Part shown: piece by piece, positions 29,598 to 41,039 of the stretch
Layout: each line of letters begins with the position of its first letter
How positions within the stretch are numbered: the first letter of the stretch is position 1
Assembly (NCBI GenBank): GCA_964345555.1
Contig: CAYFRD010000001.1
Location: 9,672-73,671, forward strand
Source of the DNA: an uncultured Peptoniphilus sp.
GTDB lineage: Bacteria > Bacillota > Clostridia > Tissierellales > Peptoniphilaceae
DNA length: 64,000 nt
Reading direction: 5' to 3'
Notes under the pieces: generated by a model
Told to the model about the DNA's origin: nothing
What the model saw: the letters and a program-made list of their open reading frames with translations, nothing else
The model's database searches: none
Position numbers and translations under genes: made by a program

Positions 29598-29639
29598 AAA
29601 AACCTGAAGAGCATTAATTTATAGCCTTTCAGGTTTTTT
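29598..29639. terminator. Bidirectional terminator between hcp and the SLH protein gene
   Basis: AAAAACCTGAA (29598..29608) pairs with TTCAGGTTTTT (29628..29638), giving an A-run/T-run flanked hairpin with a 19-nt loop. Confidence 0.5.
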
Positions 29640-29653
29640 GCAACTAATTTTAA

Positions 29654-32600
29654 TTATTTTGAGAAAATATTATATAGAATTTGTGCCACTTCCGCTCTTG
29701 TCAGATCGCCCTTGGGATCAAACTCACCTGTATCTCTTCCCTTTAAAAGGCCTCTTTCAACAGCTTTATTTACATCTTCCTTAGCCCAATCGGCTATATT
29801 TTCGAAATCTTTAAAATCTCTCTTCTCTCCCGGAGGAAAATCTTTGTTGAGATTTTCAACGTATTTGTTTAAAATTTTCGCAATTTCTTCCCTGGTGATT
29901 TTTCTTTCCGGTTTAAAAGTTCCGTCTTCATATCCGTTGACTATTCCCTTTTCAACTGCCCAGTTTATATATCCGCTTTCAAGACTTTCAGGGTTTATGT
30001 CGGAGAAAGATTTGCCCATGTAATCCTTGGGGTCCACTTTTTCCAGTTTCGCAACAGCTTTTACCACATCCACTCTTGTCGTAGGTGCATCCGGCATAAA
30101 CTTGATGCCTTTCAAATCCATAAGCCCTTTTTTGAGCACTCGTTTAATTACATCTTCCGCCCAATGTCCCTTTATATCTTCAACTTTATTCCAATATTCC
30201 ATCGCCTCTTCAGAGCCATCGGTTATTTTTGATTTCACCAAAGAATCCGTGCGATAATAATCAGAATCAGGAAACTCAACTTCGTAATAATCTTTTTCAT
30301 CATCATAGTCTTCGACAAATACATCATTTATTATCGGTGCGGCAATATCAGGTTTTTCTTCCGGTTTTTCTTCAGGATCTTTCCCTTCTTCTTCAATGAG
30401 TTTTACATCATTTCTGTTTCTTATTCTGATTCTGTTTCCTTCAGGATCTATTGAAGAAAGTCCTGTCGCTTCCGCTTTGTCCCCTATTTTAAATTCGGGC
30501 ATAGTCTTATCGTCTGAGCCTGTCTTCCCTATATATCCATCTATAAATACTCTTATACTTCCACTTCCGTCATCTAAAATCAAGCTGGATATTACTCCAT
30601 TATCAATGTTTACTTCCTTGATTTCTCCCGTGACTTTAACAAATAATCCCAGATTATTTTTAACCTCTCCTGTTGCAAGTTTTTTCGGTTCAACCTTTGC
30701 TACGGATTCGTCTATTTTTTCAATAGTATCCACATTCAACTGATGTTCACCTTGATATGAGCCGGTTGTCCCTTTAATTCTCACCCTTGTTCCCTCTGCA
30801 AAATCATTGGAAATTGGGAATATATTTATTCCTCCTGTTTCATCCTGCACATAGGCACTGTCGAAAAATGCCGTATTTACATCAAATCCGCTGGCATTGG
30901 AAGTCAATGTTCCTTCTATCATGAACTGCTTTCCTTCTTCCGCCCCTTGTACTTCCGAAATACTTGTAACTGCCATGCCCTTGGGATATACGTTCAGTTC
31001 TATACCTTTGGTGTAGGGTGTTGTCGAACCTTCGGGGTAAATTCTTACTTCAACGGTTTGTTTGCCCACTGTGTCAGGAATGATCGCTTCCGTAACTTCA
31101 GTTTTTTGATTTTTGCTTAATACAGGAAGATTTGTTTCAACAGATTTTAAAACTTCTCCCGTTTCCTTTACCGCATATTCCATCTTGGAAACTTTTATGT
31201 CATTTTCCGACAAGTTGTTAAATGTGGTGGTTAGTATGACGGACTCTCCCACTTCTTCAATTTCAGTATTTTTCACAACGCTGTCTATATCCGTCACAGC
31301 CGCCTTCTTCGTCCATACCGGAGCTGTTACGGCAATATCTTCATCAGCTTGAGTTACTTTGATATAGTAATAAGTTCCGCTGTTTTGAACTGTGAGGTTT
31401 ACAGTCCCTGCATTGGAATTTATGCTCTCACTGTCTAAAACCTCTCCCCATTTGAAATTACTTCAACTTTTCCGATTATGTCTTCCACGTCGGGGTCGAT
31501 AATTTGCACTTTGATTTTTATTGCCTGTTCGTGAGGAATTTCCAATTTCGAACCCATTATATTTCCATCCAGCGTGTAGTCGATTTTCAAGTTTTTATCT
31601 TCCGTTGCATACCATCTGTGATTGTCTACGGCATCCATAATCGATGTTAAAGTCAAATCATCGGCAATAGCTACATTTCTCGCATCATTTGCATCTCCCC
31701 ACTTACCCTTGTGGTTGTCCTGATTGTTGGATGGAGCAACGTGCCAACCCTTGTCAAGGGCTTTGGTATATTGTTCATAACTGGGATAGTAGCCGTTTCC
31801 GTGTATGGGCCCTTCACCGTTCCCCACTTCCACAAGTTGAAGTTCCGCATCATACCTCGCATCGTAATGTCCAAAATCATCAAAAGTTCCGAAGGTGCTT
31901 CCCGGATGATTAAACTGTGAAAAAGAATTATCTAAAGTCGTCAGAGCTTCGTAGTACTTGATAAGTCCTGCGGCATTTTGTTTATTGTTGAATTCAGGAT
32001 CATTTCTTGAAACAAAACCCACCGTATTGAATGTATTTATATGTCCGTAATTGGCTCCTGATTTTGTCCAAGTCATTTCAAAACCGTAAAAAGGTAGAAA
32101 ATCCACACTTGCATAACTTTCAATAGTTTCTTTATATTCTTTCCATTTAGATTTTGCAGAATCGGTTTTTGACCTAAGTCCTGAATTTTCATCGTCAAAA
32201 GTTCCCAAGTTTCCACTTTCATCGAAGTAGTTGGAGTGATCCGTAATGGCAAAAAAATCTATTTGATCCGCATTACTTGCATATTCCAATGCATCTGTCA
32301 ATCCTCCCGCTCCGTCTGAATAATTGGTATGGGAATGGATCTGACCGTAATAATGTCTGTACTGTGCTTCTCCTATATAGAAACTCCAATCATAATCATC
32401 TGCTATCTTTGTTCCGGTTGCATCTGTTATGCTGATCTTCGCCGTAACTTTACCCTCTTGCAAAGCAGCTTTAGGTGTAAAGGTAGCTTCGCCATCGGCA
32501 AAATTCATATCATAGGAAACACCGTTCAACATCAATTTTACTTTCATACCTTCTACAGGATTTAAAATCATTGTTCTGATCTGCGGTTGATAAGTGTTGA

Positions 32601-35255
32601 GAACTTCTTCATTCACCTTGGGCATTGTTTCCTTTACAAAGGGTCTTGAATCCACAGGAACCTTTATATTTTCGGTGATATTTGTCGATGTTCCGTATAT
32701 AAAGGGCTTTTTATAATATCCGCTTGAAGTTTGTGCTCCGTCTGTAGCTTCAAATCTCAGTTCCAATTCTGTCAAGCTTTGAAACTTATCCTTGGGAATC
32801 GTTCCTTTATACACGCCTGTGATCTCATCCTTTTGCAATGGAATTTCAAAATCATTCGCATTTACTAATATCGCCTTTGCAGAGGTTACCTTTACATTGT
32901 CGATTATCTCTATCTGAAAATCATAATCCTGTCCCGCCTTTGCATCCAAAAATTCCGGCACTACTACAAAGGGCGCTAAATCATCATTTTTAATAATATA
33001 ATCCTTGTAATCGTTAAGTCTAACTTGGAAATTTCCGCTGTGGACTGCTCCGGCACAGAGTATATCCACAACATCCCCGGCTTCTGTGCCGATGGGATAC
33101 TCCGGAATTCTATATGCTTGCAATGTCGATCCGTCCGAATATTTAAAATTCACTTGTCCGTCGCCGTATATGGGCAAAGTCAAATCGTTGATTCTCAAGT
33201 ATTCATTGTAATATTTTTCCTGATTTTGAACTATCATATCCTTAGTTACAACTTGAGGTTGACAAACTAAATCATACTTTGATCTTTGTTCAGCAGTCAT
33301 GTTTAAACTTTCGGGATCTATCATTTGCATAGTGGTAACCCCGGATGTTTCATCGGTATCATACCATTTAACACGATTGCCGCTTACGACTACTATATCT
33401 CCAGGTTGTACATTTTCCGTGGGTCCATAAATTTGATAACCCACTATTTCTCCGTTTACATAGTCCTGAATTATAAGTGCCGACCCTCCACTGTAGGAAT
33501 AGACCGCCACACCTGCCACGGTTGAAGGTGTTTTGTCCGGCAATTCCAAAACTTCCGGTATCAGCATTGCGTTTTGTGCTTTGAGAAATTCTTCCGTGAA
33601 AATATCCGATTTATATGTCGTCGGTGTTACAGGATCTGTTCCTTCGACCTTTACGATATCTTCAACATTTGCAACTCTAAGCTGATATCCTGCATTGGGG
33701 TTAGTCCTGTGATATTGGCTTGCAACTGCCGTTACATTTACTGTGTCATTTGCAGCTATATCTTCACTCAATCCCGGGATTTTAAACATTGCTACTGTTT
33801 TTTCATTTTGAGTGAGATTCGTGTTCCGGTTATTTGTTGAATAAGCTCCAATTGTCGCTCCCTTTATCAGAACTCTTTCCGATTCATAATCTTCACCATT
33901 GGAAATTAATTCGTCTAAGGTGATTTCCTGCGGCTCCGGCAAAACATTATTTTGAGAAATCCTGCTTATGTCTTTAAGGTTTTGCAGTTGCATAAGACCG
34001 TTATAAGTGCTTACAGTGCCGGTAAGTTTTATTTCATCTCCCGGTGCAAGATCCGGAACTGCAGATGTTATATTGTTTTTCGAATAAAGAGCAATGCCGG
34101 CAGTTGAATCTTGAATTATTACGGTATTATTATCAAAAAATGTAACTATTCCTTGTGTCGTAACTTCCCCTCCGGTAGCTCTAGCCTCTGCAATTGTGGA
34201 TATTGTTTCTTGAATTTCAATCCATTTTGCATATACTGTTGTATCATCTTGCACTCCCATGTTGAAGTCAAATGCTTTTTCCGTTCCGTTCCATATCTTC
34301 CAATACCAACCGTCAAAGGTGTAGCCTGTCTTTGTGGGCGCTGTCGGTGCAGTGATTTTGCTGTCCGACGGTGCTATTTCAGATTTATACTTTTGCGTTA
34401 AGCTTTCGTCCATATAATATGTTATTGTGCAAGGAGAGGAATCCGGCACCGAGATGATACATGTGGCGCTTTGGTCACCTACCTTTGCCGTTATGGTAGC
34501 TGTCCCAAAATCTAATACAGTTACCAGTCCGTTATTATCGACAGTCGCTACTTGCTCATTATCGCTGCTCCATGTAATTGGCGTTCCTATAGGAACCCCA
34601 GCCGGCTTCAGTTGTTTTGTTGCACGTATACTACCCATGCTGTAGTATTCAAAATTAAATTCTGCAGGAGAAATGCTCAGACCTGTCTGAGTTCCTCCAC
34701 CCTGCGTTGATGAATAATTAGTCCATTTGATATTGTCTATTGTCACTTGAGCACGATTTGAGATTGTGTAAGTAGGCTTTATGGTTATTTTTACCGTTCC
34801 CTCAAGATTTATGTCTGCAGTCATGGTGACCGGAGTCGTTGCATTTGTAGCATCTACAGTTGCGACAGGAGTTGTATCGTCATTTACATACAGTCCTATA
34901 TTTCTCTTATTGCTATTTGTATATGCCTTTTTATGTCAATGCTTATACTTCCTATACCATCTTGTACCGTCGTGGTCAGATATGAATCGTCTTTAGTTTC
35001 TCCTCCTAAAAGAACTCCTTCACCATCAATTACATATCCCGCAGCCTCCGCTCCTCTTGATCCGTTAGCTGTCCATGTTTCATTGTGAACACCGTTAAAT
35101 GTATATTGTGTGTATGATGTCCCCGATGCGTTGAAACTGTCAAAAGTCTCCACATAATCCCATTGCGCCGCTGATACTTCGCCCATGGGAAAGGACGATA
35201 ATATCATCAAAATCGCCAATAGCAGCGCTATTTTTCTCCTCACTTCTCTTTTCAC
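29654..35255 (-). pseudogene. Giant (~1,860 aa) secreted SLH-anchored multidomain protein with PHP phosphoesterase and OB-fold domains, split into three ORFs by two 1-nt frameshifts (true pseudogene or sequence error)
   Basis: ORF 34896..35255 has a GTG start behind AGGAGG and a signal peptide (ALLLAILMILSSFPMGEVSAAQ). ORF 31435..34824 contains Big_2 (ITWSSDNEQVATVDNNGLVTV), a Listeria-Bacteroides-type repeat (GYTFDGWYW), OB-fold-like modules, and a PHP motif (HSHTNYSDG...FFAITDHSNY...FNHPG). ORF 29654..31297 contains another OB-fold module, an EEKPEEKPD linker and three SLH repeats. Both junction frames stay open across the breaks. Confidence 0.8.
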
Positions 35256-35403
35256 TTTTTACCTCCTGAAGGTTCTATATAACATCACTTCTGCCCATAG
35301 GTTATTAGAAAAATATTATGCCTTCCACCCTCCTCAAGTAAAAAGATTATTAATTTTCTGTAATTTTCATCTGTATTTATAAGACAATCTTAATTTTCAA
35401 AAC

Positions 35404-35441
35404 ACAAAAATATCAGTTCACTTTACTCTGTGAACTGATAT
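35404..35441 (-). terminator. Intrinsic terminator after ggt
   Basis: Perfect 12-bp stem ATATCAGTTCAC (35410..35421) / GTGAACTGATAT (35430..35441), followed by TTTTTGTGTTTTG on the minus strand. Confidence 0.8.
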
Positions 35442-35476
35442 AAATTATTTTATAAATAAATATAAACTCTTGGATT

Positions 35477-37081
35477 TTATATTCCCAGGATACAACCGTC
35501 TGTTCTCGGCTCTGTTCCCCCTGCATATATTTCCCCTTGCTTAAGTATTATTTGTCCTCGTCCCATTCTTGTCCTGTCACTTACGACCTTTATATCATGT
35601 CCTCTACTCTTCAAATCCTCTACTATTTCTGCATTGTAGTCTTCTTCGATCTGCAAGGTTTTTCCATCGATCCACTGCCATCTGGGTGCATCCAATGCCG
35701 CCTGTGGATTGAATCCTTCGTCAATCATCCTCAATAGAATTTGGATATGTCCTTGTGGTTGCATATATTCGCCCATGACTCCGAAGGCTCCCAGTGCTTT
35801 GCCATCTTTTGTCAAAAATCCGGGGATTATTGTATGGTAAGGTCTTGTTCCACCTACTAATGCATTGGGGCTGTCTTCGTCAAAGCTGAAATTGCAAGCT
35901 CTGTTGTTTAACGATATCCCTGTTCCTTCCACCACTACTCCGCTGCCGAATCCTTTGTAATTGGATTGTATAAAGGAAATCATGTTTCCTTCTTCGTCGG
36001 CACAACACAGGTAGATTGTAGAGCTGCCTCTCAGCATTCCCGCATGAGGAATTACTGCCGCTTCTGAAATTTTCTTTCTTCTTCCTTCAAGATACTTTTT
36101 ATCCAACAATTCTTTAAAAGTAGGCTTCATACGTGTCGGTTCGGCAATGTATTTTTCCGCATCTACAAAGGCGCTTTTCAAGGCTTCCACTTGGTAATGA
36201 GTTTGAAGTGCTTTGTCCGCTCCTTCAAGATTCATTCCGTTTATCATTTCCATTGCCATAAGCACCACCATCCCCTGTCCGTTTGGAGGTATTTCCCAAA
36301 TGTCGTATCCTTTGTAATTTATGGAAATGGGGTCCACCCACTGCGCTTGATAATTTGCCAAGTCGGATTTTTCCAACACTCCGCCCTTTTTCTGCACATA
36401 ATTTGCTATTTTATTTGCAAGTTCTCCTCTGTAAAAACTTTCTCCATAGGTCTTTGCAATTTCTCTCAAGGTTTCTGCGTGATGGGGAAGTTTCACGACT
36501 TCGCCCACTTCAGGTGCTCTGCCATCTTGTGTGAATGTGTTGAAAAATCCGTCAAAGGATGTATCTTCTTTAAATGCGTTGTATTTTTCCACTTCTCTCT
36601 TCCACAGCAAACTTATGGTAGGTGTAAGGACAAATCCTTCTTCGGCATATTTTATTGCCGGTTCAGCAACTTTTTCAAAGGGGAGTTTGCCGAATCTTCT
36701 GTGTAATTCCACCCATCCCGCAACTGCTCCGGGCACGTCTATGGACAGTGACCCGAAGGTAGGCACTGTCTTATGTCCCTTGTCCTTTAAATATTTTATG
36801 GTCAAATTTTTCGGAGCGGGTCCGCTTGCATTCAACCCGTAAAGTTTATCATCAACGGACAGGATTGCAAAGGCATCGGAGCCAAGTCCGTTTGATGTGG
36901 GTTCTACAACCACATGTACCATTGCCATTGCTACCGCCGCATCTACACAATTGCCTCCCGACTTTAAAATTTCTATACCTGTTAATGTTGCATAGGAATT
37001 GGAACTTGCCGCAATGCCTTTCTGCCCAAATACTGCTGTTCTTCTGCTTTTATATGTATATTCTCCATAATTTAATTTCAA
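35477..37081 (-). CDS. ggt: Gamma-glutamyltransferase family protein
   Basis: GGT-type pattern throughout (GGNCVDAAVA...; autoprocessing-site context GSSTIY; GGTEPRTDG near the C-terminus). The preferred start is in-frame TTG 37081 behind AGAGGTGA; the track ORF extends to 37138. Confidence 0.85.
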   Translation of the reverse strand: MKLNYGEYTYKSRRTAVFGQKGIAASSNSYATLTGIEILKSGGNCVDAAVAMAMVHVVVEPTSNGLGSDAFAILSVDDKLYGLNASGPAPKNLTIKYLKDKGHKTVPTFGSLSIDVPGAVAGWVELHRRFGKLPFEKVAEPAIKYAEEGFVLTPTISLLWKREVEKYNAFKEDTSFDGFFNTFTQDGRAPEVGEVVKLPHHAETLREIAKTYGESFYRGELANKIANYVQKKGGVLEKSDLANYQAQWVDPISINYKGYDIWEIPPNGQGMVVLMAMEMINGMNLEGADKALQTHYQVEALKSAFVDAEKYIAEPTRMKPTFKELLDKKYLEGRRKKISEAAVIPHAGMLRGSSTIYLCCADEEGNMISFIQSNYKGFGSGVVVEGTGISLNNRACNFSFDEDSPNALVGGTRPYHTIIPGFLTKDGKALGAFGVMGEYMQPQGHIQILLRMIDEGFNPQAALDAPRWQWIDGKTLQIEEDYNAEIVEDLKSRGHDIKVVSDRTRMGRGQIILKQGEIYAGGTEPRTDGCILGI

Positions 37082-37258
37082 AATATCACCTCTTGTATTT
37101 AATTTATTACAGAATAATAAATAATTTAATCTTTTCAAATACTATATTACACTATATTATCCGCTTTTATAATAAATCAGATTAAAATATTAAATTTTTA
37201 TATTTATGCTGTGGCACATAAGTTATATAATTAAATTAATATAGTTGAGGTGTGAAAA

Positions 37259-37777
37259 ATGAATTACTACCATATTTATAAATCTCCCTTGGGAAATATG
37301 ATCATGATAAGCGATGGAGATCTTTTAGAAAAATTGGATTTTGAATCGGGCAAGTATTCAGTTGATGTGAGAAAAAAAGGTTATGCGGAGAAAAATTTGG
37401 ATATCTTCCGTTCTACAGAGAAATGGCTAGATATTTATTTCAGCGGCAAAAATCCGGATTTCATCCCTGAGATCAATCTTCAAGGCTCGGAGTTCAGAAA
37501 AACCGTCTGGGATCTGTTGCTCCAAATACCCTACGGGCAAACCACCACCTATAAAAAAATTGCCGAAAAGATTATGTCCGTTAAAAATTTAGAAAGTATG
37601 TCCGCACAGGCTGTAGGCGGTGCTGTGGGCCATAATCCCATATCCATCATAGTCCCTTGCCACAGAGTGGTGGGCACGTCGGGAAACCTTACGGGATATG
37701 CAGGAGGCATGGACAAAAAAATCTCCCTTTTGCAATTGGAAGGTGTGAATATGGACGGATTTTTTTACAATGAGTGA
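37259..37777 (+). CDS. ogt: Methylated-DNA--protein-cysteine methyltransferase
   Basis: Active-site PCHRVV; preceding TTYKKIAEKI helix-turn-wing region; 172 aa. Confidence 0.9.
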   Translation: MNYYHIYKSPLGNMIMISDGDLLEKLDFESGKYSVDVRKKGYAEKNLDIFRSTEKWLDIYFSGKNPDFIPEINLQGSEFRKTVWDLLLQIPYGQTTTYKKIAEKIMSVKNLESMSAQAVGGAVGHNPISIIVPCHRVVGTSGNLTGYAGGMDKKISLLQLEGVNMDGFFYNE

Positions 37778-37873
37778 TCTTATTGGAAATAATTAACAGT
37801 AATTTTATATTAAAATTATTTTAAATATATTAAAATCCTCTATCATTTAATAATAATTAAAGGAGTTGATTTT

Positions 37874-38428
37874 ATGAATACCATTGTCGTATATGCAAGT
37901 GAATACGGGTCAACGGAGATATATGCCGAAACCTTGGCAAAAAAACTGGGTTGCCAATGCATCGAATACAAAAACTTTAACAGTGCCGTGGATTATGACA
38001 ATATTATTTTTGGCGGACCGATTTATTCAGGCGATGTAGTAGGTCTTAAAGAGATATTTGCGTATAATAATGATTTTTCTAATAAAAATTTTATAATTTT
38101 CACCTGCGGACTGCTTTCGCCCTACGATGATGATAATAATTACAAACTGAAGGAAAGCATTTTGAAGTCCGTTCCTAACAATTATTACAAAAATTTGAAG
38201 ATGTTCTTTTTTCCCGGAAAAATTGATTATTCAAAGCTTTCCTTCAAACACAAAATAACCATGAGATTTATATATTCTATGCTCTTGAACAAAAGAAAAG
38301 CTCTAAGTGAGGCAGAAGAGTCCATCATCTACACCTTTGGACAGTCTTTGGATTTAATAGATCTCACAAAGTTGAATGAAATCGTAGATTATATTAAAAG
38401 TCTGAGTATACCGGCTAATTCTTTTTAA
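37874..38428 (+). CDS. Flavodoxin-domain protein
   Basis: N-terminus TIVVYASEYGSTEIYAETLAKKLG and IIFGGPIYSG are typical of the flavodoxin_5/HemG-like family. Confidence 0.7.
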   Translation: MNTIVVYASEYGSTEIYAETLAKKLGCQCIEYKNFNSAVDYDNIIFGGPIYSGDVVGLKEIFAYNNDFSNKNFIIFTCGLLSPYDDDNNYKLKESILKSVPNNYYKNLKMFFFPGKIDYSKLSFKHKITMRFIYSMLLNKRKALSEAEESIIYTFGQSLDLIDLTKLNEIVDYIKSLSIPANSF

Positions 38429-38524
38429 CTTAATGTTATATTATAAACAATTTTTTTCATCAATAGTGTGTCTTTTATAAAATATAAAGTGATATAATAT
38501 TGTTAATAGAGAGGAGGAAAGTAA

Positions 38525-39925
38525 ATGTTAGATAATTTTACAAAAGTTTTGACGTCGATGAACGATGTATTGTGGGGATTGCCGTTGATGATCTCCTTGG
38601 TAGGTTTCGGTATTTTGTCAACTCTTTATCTCAGCTTCCCGCAGATAAAAAGGTTAGGCTATGCTTTTAAACAGACCTTCGGAGGTATTTTCAGCAAAAG
38701 AAATTCCGACGAAAGTTCCCTTTCATCTTTTCAGGCACTTGCTACTGCTATAGCAGCTCAAGCAGGTACAGGAAATATAGGTGGAGTTGCCGGAGCAATA
38801 GTGGCAGGTGGTCCCGGAGCGGTCTTTTGGATGTGGATCACCGCAATCGTAGGAATGTCTACCATCTCCGTGGAAGCTATTCTGGCACAAAAATACAGAG
38901 AAACAAGAGATGGCAAGTTAATAGGAGGCCCTGCTTTTTACATAAGCAAGGGTTTAAAGAATCACGGTCTTGATTCTCTGGCTAAATTTTTATCTACATT
39001 TTTTGCTATTTTGTCCGTTTTAACTTTAGGTTGGATAGGCAGTATGGTTCAATCCAATTCCATATCCTCTGCTTTAAACGAAGCTTTCAATATTCCATTG
39101 TTCGCAAGCGGAATTGTAATTGCCACCTTGGCAGGATTTATTTTTATCGGCGGTATAAAGAGAATAGGTCACTTTGCGGAAAAAGTCGTTCCCATAATGG
39201 CTGTACTCTACATCATAGGTTCTATAATAGTGCTCTTTAAATTCAGCCATATGATAGTACCGGTGTTTACTGCCATATTTGAAGCTGCTTTTTCCAGTAA
39301 AGCTGTACTTGGCGGTGCTGTAGGAATAAGCATCAAAAAAGCGATAAGGTACGGAGTTGCAAGAGGTCTCTTCTCCAATGAAGCCGGTATGGGTTCCACC
39401 CCCAACTCACATGCCGTTGCAAATGTTGATCATCCCGTTGTACAAGGTTGTGTCGCAATGGTGGGAGTTTTCATCGATACAATACTTATCTGTACGGCTA
39501 CAGCTGTCGTAATACTGTCCACAGGTGCAAACAACAGCGGAAAGGAAGGCGTAATGATCACAATGGAAGGTTTTAACATAGCTTTCGGCGACATAGGCTC
39601 AAAATTCCTTGCGATAGCTCTCGTCTTCTTCGCTTTCACTACAATCGTAGGCTGGTACTACTTCGGCGAAACAAATGCAAAATTTTTGACCAAGTCTAAG
39701 ACTGCGATCAGAATTTACCAAGTAATGGCTGTTTTTTTCATAGTTTTGGGGTCACTGCAAAAGGTTGAGTTCGTGTGGCAGCTTACGGATTTATTCACAG
39801 GGATTTTAGTAATACCAAACATCATAGGTCTTTTGATACTGTTGAAGGAAGTAAAGGAACTCTACAATGACTTCGACAGACAAATAAATTCCACAGGCAC
39901 TCTTAAATACAATTATAAAAATTAA
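38525..39925 (+). CDS. Alanine/glycine:cation symporter (AGCS family)
   Basis: 466 aa, multi-TM, with SSFQALATAIAAQAGTGNIGGVAGAI and FSNEAGMGSTPNSHA motifs. Confidence 0.9.
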   Translation: MLDNFTKVLTSMNDVLWGLPLMISLVGFGILSTLYLSFPQIKRLGYAFKQTFGGIFSKRNSDESSLSSFQALATAIAAQAGTGNIGGVAGAIVAGGPGAVFWMWITAIVGMSTISVEAILAQKYRETRDGKLIGGPAFYISKGLKNHGLDSLAKFLSTFFAILSVLTLGWIGSMVQSNSISSALNEAFNIPLFASGIVIATLAGFIFIGGIKRIGHFAEKVVPIMAVLYIIGSIIVLFKFSHMIVPVFTAIFEAAFSSKAVLGGAVGISIKKAIRYGVARGLFSNEAGMGSTPNSHAVANVDHPVVQGCVAMVGVFIDTILICTATAVVILSTGANNSGKEGVMITMEGFNIAFGDIGSKFLAIALVFFAFTTIVGWYYFGETNAKFLTKSKTAIRIYQVMAVFFIVLGSLQKVEFVWQLTDLFTGILVIPNIIGLLILLKEVKELYNDFDRQINSTGTLKYNYKN

Positions 39926-39931
39926 AAAATC

Positions 39932-39970
39932 GGAGGCGATGACAATTATTTGTTTCGCCTCCAATTTTAT
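39932..39970 (+). terminator. Intrinsic terminator after the symporter gene
   Basis: GGAGGCGA (39932..39939) / TCGCCTCC (39955..39962), followed by AATTTTATT. Confidence 0.65.
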
Positions 39971-39992
39971 TATAATATTTTTTATTTTTTTA

Positions 39993-40931
39993 TCAGTAGC
40001 CTTTTTTAGAATCAACTACATTAATAAGTTCTCTTTCTTCGCTTATTCTTTTTAAATTTTCTCTTACGTTGAGCAATATTCTGTCTTCGGCATCTTCTGA
40101 CAAATCAGCTATGTGAGGACTTACATACACATTATCCATTTCCCACAGCGGACTGTCCTTAGGCAGCGGTTCTTTTTCAAATACATCGAGAGCGACTCCC
40201 CTCAACTTGGTCTTTGTGGCTTCTATGAGTGCTTCCTGATCCACTGTTTCCCCTCTACCCACGTTTATAAATACGGATTCGTCCTTCATCGCTTCGAATT
40301 TTTCTGCATCCATAAATTTGTAAGTGCTCTTTGTCAACGGCAGCACCATGACCACATAATCAGCTTCTGAAAGAGCTTCCTTTAATTCCTCCAAAGATAC
40401 GCATCTGTGAAAATGTTCCTTAGCTGTCCCCTTAGTATTGAATCCTATGATCTCCATTTTGAAATTCGCCAGTCTTTTTGCAGCCTCAGTGGCAATATCT
40501 CCCGTTCCTAAGAATAGTATCTTCTTGTTGTAGAGATTGTATGTCTTGCTTCTTCTCTTCCAAATTTTATTATTTTGATTTTCTATATTTTGTCTTGCGA
40601 ATTTATCTATTGCCATCAAATCATAGATTATCCATTCTCCGATGGGTTCGGCATAGGCTCCTTTGTTGTTGCAGAGAACTATATTCTTTTCCCTCAAGTA
40701 ATCATGGTCGAGATAATCCACTCCTATGGAATAGGTCAATATAATCTGTAAGTTTTTAAATTCTCTCAAGTCCATTTTTTCAAGCAATATACTTCCGCAC
40801 AAAATCTGCGCATCTCTGGGATAGTCGTCGGACTTGACCATTTTAGATGTGGCTACATCCACGTCGAAGCCTAGATCTCTTATCTTTTCCACTACTCCTT
40901 CTCTAAAATTGCCCGTAAATAAAACTTTCAT
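39993..40931 (-). CDS. D-isomer-specific 2-hydroxyacid dehydrogenase family protein
   Basis: NAD-binding motif GTGDIATEAA; NVGRGETVD; SPHIAD; 312 aa. Confidence 0.85.
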   Translation of the reverse strand: MKVLFTGNFREGVVEKIRDLGFDVDVATSKMVKSDDYPRDAQILCGSILLEKMDLREFKNLQIILTYSIGVDYLDHDYLREKNIVLCNNKGAYAEPIGEWIIYDLMAIDKFARQNIENQNNKIWKRRSKTYNLYNKKILFLGTGDIATEAAKRLANFKMEIIGFNTKGTAKEHFHRCVSLEELKEALSEADYVVMVLPLTKSTYKFMDAEKFEAMKDESVFINVGRGETVDQEALIEATKTKLRGVALDVFEKEPLPKDSPLWEMDNVYVSPHIADLSEDAEDRILLNVRENLKRISEERELINVVDSKKGY

Positions 40932-41039
40932 TTTTCCCTCCTGTTTTCTCCAATTGTATATATTTTACCCCTTTATTAGTGTGTTGAATAATTGAATATG
41001 TGTTTTCATTGTAATATAATTATTCAAAAGGAGGTTACC

